Origin: Jimgerdemannia flammicorona
Lineage: Eukaryota
Length of the DNA stretch: 37,862 bases
Direction of reading: 5' to 3'
NCBI GenBank assembly: GCA_003990765.1
Contig: RBNJ01000176.1
Span: forward strand, 1-37,862
Shown piece by piece: positions 11,206-21,324 of this stretch (its first letter is position 1; every line of letters begins with the position of its first letter). Position numbers and translations under genes: made by a program. The notes under the pieces are model-generated. The model did no database searches. It worked only from the letters and a program-made list of their open reading frames with translations, and had not been told where the DNA came from.

Positions 11206-11423
11206 TTGTCTGATCCAATAGTAGTGATTTTAGTTATAAGAGCTTTCTTTCTGTTGGTTCTCCTTTAGACCAGTTTATTGATATAAGAGAAGCAATCATC
11301 AATCATTTAAGAAGAATACATTTTAATGCTATAGAGGCATCAGTCACTTGGTATAAATCTATTTTTGATTTTCTTGTAGAATTATTCTTCCTTACTTGTG
11401 GTAGATTGGGCTGGTGTCTTGTT

Positions 11424-11832
11424 TGATGAGCTAAATCCTCTGGATCCTCAGATAGTAGGTAGTAGTTTAGAGACTTCTTTGACTATCAGAGTTGATTTAA
11501 TTTTCTTAAATAGGATCTAGGCAATACAGAAACCAATGGAGATCTTAAAGAGTATCCAACTATAGTTTTGAATAAGGATAATGATTTTGCCTATATAATC
11601 CTCATTAATAACTCCTCCTTCTACTGAGAGTCCTTTCAATACTAGGCTGCTACAGCAGTATATTCTTCCAATATGTTCTTTAGGGATTTGAATGCTGATT
11701 CCTGTGTAGACTTGCTTGACTTCTTAGTTGGAAACTATAGCTTCTTCAGCTGTATATAGATCATATCTAACTGCTTTTTGACTTCCTTTGGTTAGAGTCT
11801 TGGCAGTTTGCCTTAATTTGATAAAGTTCAGT
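11424..11832 (-). pseudogene. dUTPase of element C, between gag and protease
   Basis: All five dUTPase motifs in decayed form: AVRYDL, GRIYCCSSL, GGVINEDYIGKI, CIA*ILF, *GSRGFSSS. Confidence 0.85.
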
Positions 11833-11904
11833 ATTTTGGTAGTCAAGTTATTGAGATGATATAGAGTAGTAATAGTTGCTCATATTACTGTTTAGAGTTT
11901 TTAG

Positions 11905-11955
11905 TTAGGGCAGACACTGACTATGTGTCCTGTCTTTCAGCAATAAAAGTATACT
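11905..11955 (-). pseudogene. Gag CCHC zinc knuckle relic of element C
   Basis: Reads YFYC*KTGHIVSVC, a decayed CX2CX4HX4C. Confidence 0.7.
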
Positions 11956-14385
11956 CTGCTTCTTTGAAGTTCATTTCTTTCTCCTTCTATGAGTTTCTTG
12001 AAGATACTTAGCTGGGTAGGTTCAGGATTTCAGAGTGTCCATGATGTAGATATAGAGGGAGCTCAGAATGCTTCATACTTGGGTTCTTCTTTCTTAGTCT
12101 AAGTCTTTTCCCTGTTATTGAATTATCTTTGAGGCAGAATTGGTTCAGCTGTTAGAATTTGCTTGACCATAGTCTTGATTCTTACCAGGCACTATTATTG
12201 ATAATTACAACCAACTGGGTATCCTTGTTATTGGATCTTTCTTATAAGCCATTTAGGTAGTATATCAAATAAATGGTCTGCTCTTATACTATTTCATACT
12301 TTATCATTGGTAATATATTCTAGACCAATGGTGTTCAAGAGTGACTCAAGTTTTGTACAGAAGGTTTTAAATTCCTCCTTGCTATATATATCAAATTTGA
12401 GACTGTGGAGTTTTACTTAAGATTTGGCAATCAGAGTTTCACTATGATATTGAGCAATCATGAGTTGTTTGAATCCAGGGGCTGCAGGATGGGTTTCATA
12501 TTCTGGGACATTATTTGCTATATTCTGTGCAATAACTACAGATCAGATATTCCATGTAAGGGGTTTTTCTGGAAGGGTTTACCGCAAGTTCTCAGAAGAA
12601 TATAATAACTTAATGAATATAGGTCATAATGATAGTAAAGAGTTGTTCCAGAGTATGGTTTTGATTATTTGTCAGAAGGTGGTCAGTAACTCACTCATTG
12701 ATCTATTGATTGACTTTGAAATTGGTATCAACTATATTAATGAAGCTTTGGACTTTCTGTGTAATATCATTGAAAGTAGATAGGCTCAGACTTTTTGTTG
12801 GTTAGGTCTGTTTAGCTAAGACAGTAATGGTTGCTACCATTATGGCTATCTGAGCTATAAGGTCTAGAATCTATTAGTTTGTCATGTTGTTTACTAGAGG
12901 TGGTTGAACTACTAGTAGTAGTATTACTGGTACACTTAAGGTACTGGTGCAGAGTGTAATGGTGTTCTTTGAGTCTATGTAAGTTACTGGAGTAATAGTT
13001 GTGAGTCTGGAGTAAGGGCTCAATAGATAGCTGTCTATTGCTGTATAGATATATTCTGTTCTGATAGAGGTGTATCTTCTTCAGTAGTACATATACATAT
13101 CCAGAATCGAATTCACTGAGATACTCCTCCTCCTCTTGGCTTTCATCCTCATATAGTTGGGTTTGTTTAGTATCAAAGTAGATAAAATCAGTTATATATT
13201 GGATTTTGGATGAGCTTAATTCAAAGTCTAGTTCTGGTTCAGTATTGGTCTTAGTTTCAGATAGAGTTATAGCTGAGTCTACTTCTGGTTCAGGATCAGA
13301 TTATTGATGAAGAGTTTCTCTTACTTCTTCTTTAAGAAAATAGTAGGTCTTATAATTTTAGAAGCAGTAATATAAGGTAGTCTTGGTCCTGGTACAGTGA
13401 AAGTCAGTAGAGTTGAGCCACTTAGCTATAGAGACTTGGACTTTATGAGAAACTAAGACTAGAAAGATAGCTGCTGGTTGTCCTAAGTTACTTGGATTTG
13501 TGGAGCTAATAAAACTCTTGTTGAGAAGAGTAAAGAAGACTTCTATAAGACCTTTTTCATCTTGACTTGCAGGGTGTAGAGCAAGGAGTTCAGTGTATAG
13601 AATTTTGTCTATCTGCTGATTTAATTGGAGTACTTCTTTTTGTAGATAAAGTCTGTCCTACTTGTTATAGGTGTAGAGGTCAAATTGTTCTTATACATCA
13701 GGTTCAATTCTCTCCAGATTGTCAGATATTTTATGATAAATTCCAGTTCAGAGATTAGGCTCTATATATATTAACTTGTAGGAATTCTCATAGGAGTTTA
13801 TAGTAGGGTGAGAAAGTATCTTGAAGTGGAATTGAATTGTAAACTACTACTATCAAGTTGTAAGAAGGTTACTTGTTAGAGTAATCATTATGTAGTTCTG
13901 GAAGAGTTTTCTAGAAGTTCTAGATATTCTGAAAGACTGTTTTCTTAAGGTCAAGATTAATTTCATATAGAGTATATTCTTTATACTTATTGATTTCAAG
14001 ATTGGGTTGACATCTCAACCAAAGTCCTTTTTTGGACTAGTTCTGAATGTTCAGAATTTTCAATATTTCAAGAAGTTCAAGAAACTAAGACCAGCTTAGT
14101 TGAATTAGTGTATTGCTGCAGATAATATTCAATTAGGAAATTTCATGATATAGTTAGGAGTGAGATCTAATGGGGTACAGATTTACTTAAGAGTAGTTTG
14201 TGGATTATTAAATAGGTTTATTTGCTATTTATAATATTGCTATACTAGGAGTAGTTATATGAAGTGATATTGTAGAGAAGTGTTCAGGATTATTCTTATC
14301 TATTTAAGTCTGAGATTCTGAGGTCTAAGAGAGGGGGTATTTATACTAATGAGAGGCTATCTGAACTAGGCTAAATATGGATATA

Positions 14386-15993
14386 TAGTGAGGGACAAAA
14401 CCTTACCAATGTTTTATTATTTTTAAATCTTAATCTATTGTAATCTAAATATATATAAATATTATTAAATTCATATTTTAACTAATAATAAAGAAGGTCT
14501 AGAATGAAACAGTATTTATTTTGCTAAATTTGTATAATTATTTCTAAAGTTATAATCCTTTTAAGTAAACTGCTCATTGGTAAGATTTTGTACCCCACTA
14601 TTTTTCCAATGGTTTTAATTCACTAACTCTGGCTCTGCAATTGCTCTGTACCTGAAACTTTGCCCCTTTATTCTTTTTTGATATACTTTTTCCTTCTACA
14701 CCTCTTACAATGAAAAAAATCTCAATTGACTATTGCAATCACATTATTAATACCCTGAAGTCCAGTATATTGGCAAGCAAGATTGTGAAAAAAATGGGTG
14801 TCAGCACCATGACCATTTCTTGTATACAAAAAGAGTTCTGTAGTAGTGAGGTTATGCTGCCAAAAGGAGGTTACCTGCATACATTCTCAGCTTGAGATGA
14901 AGTATGGGTTGTTCACTAGGTTATCATAGGCAAGGTGGAAACTATAACTGAGGTTACAAAAACACTTCAAGAAGCTGGTAAAACACTTCAAGATGGACTT
15001 CAAGATGATGGCAAACCTTCTGTAAGTATGAAAACAGTATGGCGAATACTGAAGAGGGCCAGCCTGAAGGCAATCATAAAGTGGAAGAGACCCAGATTGC
15101 TCAAATGACATATCAAGACTCATTATGAGTTTGCTCTTAAATATAAGGACTGGACAATTAAGGACTGGAAACAGGTCATTCTCTCTAATGAAATGAAGAT
15201 CAACTATCTTGGCTCTGATGATTGAAAATGGGCATGGAAAAAGTCAGAAATACCATACAATGAGCATTATATGACTAGAATGGTAAAATTTGACAGTAGA
15301 TCTCTGATGATCTGGGGATATATGACATATAAGGAGATCAGTTACATCTGTTGGATCAATGGTTGCATGGATGCAGAGCTGTACCAGAGCATCCTTGATG
15401 ATGAATTGCTGAAAACAATCAAATATTACCATATAGATCAAAAAAGGTTGATTTTTCAGCAAGATAACAACTTGAAACATATATCAAAAAAAGCCTGCTA
15501 ATTCACTAATCACTTGATTCATTTGTTGAGTTGGCCAGCATAATCCCCCAACCTGAATCTAATTGAACATTTATGCAACTTAAAAAATAACTTAATGCAT
15601 ACAAGGAGCCCTCTAAGGGAATACAGGATCTTTGGGAATATATAGAGCAGGAATAGAATAAGATTTCAAAGGATGTTTGTGTTGGTTTAATTGAGAGTAT
15701 GCCAAGGAGGGTTGCTGCTATATATAAAGCAAAAGAGGGCTATACTAAATATTGAAATGATAAATAAACTGATTGGTGATATATCAGAGACAAAACCTTA
15801 CCAATAGTCAGTTTTCCTAAAAAGGTTATAACTTTAGAAATAATTATTCATATTTAGCAAAATATATACTGTTTAAAAGCTCTAGACTTTCTTTATTATT
15901 GGTTAAAATATAGATTTAATAGCATTTATATTTAAACTACAATAGGTTAAAATTTAAAATAATAAAACATTAATAAGGTTTTGTCTCTCACTG
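14386..15993 (+). mobile_element. Tc1/mariner DNA transposon with TIRs of about 207 bp and a TA TSD
   Basis: (C/T)AGTGAG(G/A)GACAAAACCTTA termini. TA at 14384-14385 and 15994-15995. The empty site GATATAGCAC is visible in the sister LTR. Confidence 0.92.
14710..15755 (+). pseudogene. Tc1-type DDE transposase, disrupted
   Basis: HTH N-terminus, WKQVILSNE, LMIWG, IFQQDN..KH, WPA*SPNLNLIEH, LIESMPRRV...GYTKY*, with multiple stops. Confidence 0.9.
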
Positions 15994-16137
15994 TAGTACT
16001 TAGTGCCTTGCTGAGTCAGAATGCAGTCATGTAGTACAAGTGTGAACTGATATATCAAGAGATTATTTGACTGCTAAGTCAGTTTGCAGTTATGTCATAT
16101 AAGACTAATCTAACTATACTAATAACTGCTAAGCTAT

Positions 16138-17250
16138 TGTGACAAGCCAAGTACATAACCAGATGACATGAACTTTCAGCATAAATATAGTTACCTAGTT
16201 ACCCACTTATAATTAACTCAAATACCAAATCTGTACACCTGTCTCAAGTGGAACACCTGTTCTAAGTAGAACACTCATCCCAAGTGGAATATCTGTTCCA
16301 AGTGAAATACCTGTCCCAAGTAGAAGACTATTACCAGAAATAGTAGGCCTATAGTCAGCCTTATAGTAACCAGATAGCAACCAACTTGTATAAATTACCC
16401 CAGAAGCTAGAGTGAATAAACCTCAGTTCGAAATCAAAAAGCAGGAGCTTCCTTTCCCACTCCAGTTACAAAGCTAAAGATTTGTTACCAAGTTTGAGGA
16501 AGAACTTTGCCACCTTTTGAAGAGAAACCCGCCACTTAAGAAATAAGCCACATTTTCAAGTTATTTACTGCTATTCTTGCTACAAGCCAGTCTTTCTGAT
16601 GCAACTTTGCAGTGGAGCCAGTTTACGATGTAACCCCACACAAATGAAGCCAGTCTTTGATATAACTTGCCAAGAATTCGAGTTAATTTCCAGTTAAAGT
16701 CACTGATTTAGGAAAATCTGCGACATCTGAGTTATTCATTGTTCCTAGTAAGCCTGAGTTATTGAGTTATCTGCTGCCAGTACAAATCCCAGTGAACCCA
16801 CACCCAATTTGAGTTATTTGCTAAATTATCAGAATGTTCTACATAAGGAACCTATCACACTACATGGAATTGTTACCCAGAAATTACATACTTTTGGAGA
16901 TCATCGCACTACACAGAAATCATCCACCATCCAAGAAGGAGAACTGCTAAATTGCCAGACCATCATGTACAAGATCATCATGCTATACAAATTCTGCTAT
17001 TCCCAGTTGACCCAAGAAGGAATCCTATTCATATATAAATTGCTGCTATACTCAGAGAACTGACCCAATTAGGAAATCAACATACAATTAACTGCCATAT
17101 TCAGATTTGACTATTATATCACTAAACACTAAAGGACTTCAGAAATCTTAGAACATTTTGTTACTTTTGAACAAAGTAACTGGGGGCTCAAGCCAAATTC
17201 ACACATTTCCCAACCTTGTAATTTGCCTCTATTGAGCTGAGCACATTACA
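16138..17250 (+). mobile_element. 5' LTR of element A (1113 bp)
   Basis: TGTGAC...ATTACA termini, TATA and AATAAA near 16388-16420, followed by the PBS. Confidence 0.85.
16235..16324 (+). repeat. 5 x 18-bp tandem repeat (consensus ACACCTGTCCCAAGTGGA) in U3 of LTR A
   Basis: Units start at 16235, 16253, 16271, 16289 and 16307. Confidence 0.85.
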
Positions 17251-17252
17251 TT

Positions 17253-17270
17253 TGGGGGCTCAACTGAGAA
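17253..17270 (+). other. Primer binding site, tRNA-Pro-like
   Basis: TGGGGGCTCAACTGAGAA resembles the tRNA-Pro PBS TGGGGGCTCGTCCGGGA, mostly by transitions. The element B counterpart is at 30021. Confidence 0.65.
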
Positions 17271-17299
17271 GATTTCAAAATCGATATGACTTTTCAGCT

Positions 17300-18700
17300 C
17301 ACAACAAACTGGATACATTTGATACAACACCAACTTCTGTCACTACAGGAGAACCTGTCATAACTAGCATTTGGACAGGAAGAGAAGTAATCATCTCAAG
17401 ACTTGCCAACTACTCAGTATCAGAAGGATCCCAATCAGAAGTAGGAGGCAGTACAGTCAGAAATCTACAACCAGATCAACCAGACAATATAGGCAGCCCT
17501 GCTAGAGATTTTGGAGAACTTGTATAAGAACTAGAAGACCTCATCACACAGATCCAATACTTTACAGCCAGACAGCCCACACCAGTCCCACCAATCTCAC
17601 CAATAGAACCCCTACCACAACCCCTTGCAGGACCAGAAGTAGCTCCTACAAGAATACCTAGGCCTATTCCACTCTGTCCAAGGACCAGAACACCATCTTC
17701 AAGATACCTAAGTACTCCCATCTCTAGTGACAGTTCAGAAAGTGAATCAGAATCAGAAGAAAGTGATGATGAAATGGCCACCTCATTGCCAATCTTTGCA
17801 GGATACCCAGAGGAAGACCCCAGAGAATTTCTTGATGGAATTGAAGGAATTGCAGCCTTAAGAAATCTCTCGGATAAAAGAAAAATTGCTATCTACAAAG
17901 CTCAGCTCAGAGAACCAGCCAGAGGGATTTTCTATTGAACAGCAAACAACTGAGATTCAGAACTAGTAAGACAGATACAAGCAGCAATGTCTGATGAGCT
18001 AGAATATGAAGCCATGGTGCATTGGCTCATCAAAAATATGCAGGAAATGAAACCCATCACAAGGCTCAGGAATCCATCATGGGAATGAAGATGAATCTCG
18101 GAGAATCACCCAGAGCCTTCTTTACAAGAATCCAGAAGAGAATGCATTCTGCCAAGTTCAATACCACCAACCAAGACATCATAGGTCCAATGATCTTCAT
18201 AAATAGAATTCCCCCAAATATTGCCCAGCATGTCTGCACCCTAGGTATTAGAAGATCTGAAGAGCAAGTAGATATAGCCCAAAGATTCTTTGATGTCAGG
18301 CAAGGAACTACCTGGAGTGATCATGATAAAAAGGAAGATAAAGAAGATATTCTGATCAAAGCCCTGCAAGGACTCCTTCAAGGACAAGAAAGATCTGAGG
18401 AAAGAAGGCCAGCCAACGAGTGGAAAAAGGAGAAAAACGAAATCCAAGATCTCAACTCAAAACTAGACCAATTGGTGGGTCAGATTGAAAAACTCACCAC
18501 ATGCAAAAATCAGAACTATCAGCCAGACAACAGGGGATATCAACCATGAAGGAACCAGGACTACCCCAGAGACAACAGGAGCTACCAAGAAGAAAGAAGA
18601 TATTCCATCTGAGATAGAGTCCAAGTCCAATGCTTCCACTGTAGACAATTCAGACATTATGCCACAGAATGTGACAATAAAAGAAATGACCAAAGGAGCT
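17300..18700 (+). pseudogene. gag of element A
   Basis: LPIFAGYPEEDPREFL capsid start and zinc knuckle CFHCRQFRHYATEC at 18631-18672. Confidence 0.8.
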
Positions 18701-20935
18701 CTGAACCACCAAACCGAAGGAATGAAACCCAGTACAAAAAGACAGAAGCACATTCTGTTGAAGATTTCGAAGAGAGTGACCGAGAAGAGTACAGTGACCT
18801 AGATCTATACCCAGCTAAGGTCATCAGCAGGAAGATAGTATACCCAGCAGAAAAATGAAAGAGACCCATAGGAAGGCCTTCTAGGAATACCAGCAGAAGA
18901 ATCATTCAAGATGAAGAGGAGGAAGACAAACAGGATCAAGTTGAAACACCTCCTTGGTCACCTTCACCTTTAATCCCTGAAACAAGCAAACTACCCCCAG
19001 AAGATGAAGAAATGGAACAAGAACCCACTCCTCCAAAGCCCAAGAAGAAGTATACCCCAAAGATCATACCCAGGGATATCTACGATGAAGTCTGGCAAAA
19101 GATTCAAGAAGTCAAGATGGAAGTTCCTCTCTTGCAGTTCTTGCAACTAACACCTGCTGGAGTCTGAAACAAATTGTTGAGAACCACAAGGTCTAGCACT
19201 GGCCAGGTCCCAATCCCATAGCAAGAGCCAACCCCTATCCAAGCTGCAGAAAGACATATCTGCACATATCTGCATGGAAACATTGGAGGACAAAAGGCGA
19301 AAATTCTCATAGATATAGGAGCAGCTGTCTGTGTGATCTCCAAATGATTCCTGGACAGCCTCCAATGGCCCATTGATGGACCATCCAATCTCAGCATCAT
19401 AGTAGCAGATGGAGCCCGAACCCAACCCCTTGGAGAAGTCTGAAACATCACCATCTCTCTAGGACACATTCAGTTCTCAATCCCAAAAGCTGTTGTCACT
19501 GAAGCTATCACCTATGATATGATCCTAGGCATGAATTGGATAGAGGAAATGAATGCAGTCATAGACATTGGCCAATAAGTCCTCAAATTCGACTACAGAG
19601 GAAAAAAGTACAGAATGAAGGTCACCAGCTATGAACAGTCAAAGAAGAAAAAGAAGGTTACCATTCAAGAGAAATATGCCAGCAACAAAGAATCCACCAC
19701 AGAAGAGGAAGAAGAATCTGAAGATGGGAAAAATCCCAGACTTAGCCATGAATTAACCTAGTAAATAATAGGCTAGAAGACAATGTATGGCCAAGAACAC
19801 TATCCCCATCACCATTGGAGCCATTGCAGGACAGATCAAAGGATGCCCTACATGCCTCAAGAGACACAAGTGCTCTAAGCACTCATCCAAGATCATTGGA
19901 ACTTGAAAATCACCTGGCACAGCCTGCTATAAGTGCAGAAGAAAGAAGAAGAAGTGCAATCATCTTCCAAAAATACCTATAGATGAAGCAGCAGAAGTAT
20001 AAGCAATTTGAGATCAAGAATCATCTGAAGAAGAAGTGTCTGAACAAGAAGAAGAAGCAACTGAACAAGAGGTCTCTGAACAGGAAGAACCACCAGAACT
20101 CATCCCCTGGGATGATCCCCACTGGACACCACCTGAAGATGATGATGAGCCCTGGAATATTGAAGAAGGACTAAGTACAATCCCTGTTATCCAAAGGCAA
20201 GAAACACACCAAGAGAAAGCCTTTCAGATAGGAAGATGCCAACATCAAATGACCTTCTACTCTCCTCAAGACTACTGCTATGAATGCCACCTACTGGATC
20301 AATAAGAAAGACAGGGACCTGTGTGACCAAGAGTCTCAATGACAATCATCCAGTCAATTACCTTTCAACAAGCAACCTCACATTTGAAAGAACGAGCTAT
20401 TGGACATGGTATATTCATCCAAACAGAAATCCAGCCCCTGATAACAATGTCTCCAATCTATGATGAAGAAGGATATCGATTCCCTAAACAAAAAGAAATC
20501 GCTGATCAGGAGTCATATTCTCAAGTAATGAGATATTGCAGCCATGGAAGACACCCAGATTGCAGAGACTGCTACCACCAGAAGATCCATCTTAGCCAAG
20601 ATATTGCTATACACACATTGAAGAGAGGAGATGGTAGAATGCAGACCTGAAAAAGTCAAAAGAAGTCGAAAAAGAAGACTCTCAAGATCTATAATCTAGG
20701 AGAAGATATCCTGGCCTTAATCAGACATGCAACTTGTGAAGGAATACTAGATGATGCTATCAACTTCATGGAAGCCCTAGATCCAATGGGAAAAAGAGGA
20801 ATCAACTACCTCTGAGACCCTTCCACTGGAGCCAGATGGCCCCACCTCAATATCAGAGCATGGAGATTTACCACCATTGGAGCCTCAGCACATGGATAGC
20901 TGAAACTGAGTAAAGACATTGCCCAATATGTCTTG

Positions 20936-21324
20936 CTGCACCCTCAGGCCAAACCACTGACCAAGGCTCACCAGGAGGATGTAGGCTATGACCTTTATAG
21001 TCTGCAGGATCAACCAATCAAGTCTGGAAGAACTGTAGTATTCAGAACTGGACTAGTCATGTAGCCACCCAAAGGAACTTACATCCAATTGACCTCAAGG
21101 TCTGGACTAGCCAAGCAAGAAATCACTGTGAAAGGAGGAACCATAGACCCAGGATATATAGGCAAAATCAAGATTATCCTGAGAACAGTAGTACTAAATG
21201 GTGCCGAATTTTCAGAGAATAAAGGATTGCACAAGCAGTCTTCATGAAGGCCAAGACTCCCCAGCTGCAAGAAGTTCATGAACTGATCCAAGGAATAAGA
21301 CAAACCAAAGGATTTAGAAGCTCA
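20936..21324 (+). pseudogene. dUTPase of element A, between PR and RT
   Basis: DVGYDL, SRSGLA, GGTIDPGYIGKI, RIAQAVF, RQTKGFRSS. Confidence 0.88.

Larger units (their letters stand above)
6212..16137 (-). mobile_element. Element C: decayed, internally deleted chromovirus-like Ty3/Gypsy LTR retrotransposon
   Basis: 3' LTR 6212-7643, PPT 7645-7657, chromodomain relic, protease, dUTPase, gag zinc knuckle, and a 5' LTR from 13859 cut off at 16137 by element A. Confidence 0.8.
13859..16137 (-). mobile_element. Partial 5' LTR of element C, interrupted by Tc1 and truncated by element A
   Basis: Begins TGTAAG on the + strand and is colinear with 6212-6817 once the Tc1 insert is removed. Confidence 0.8.
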
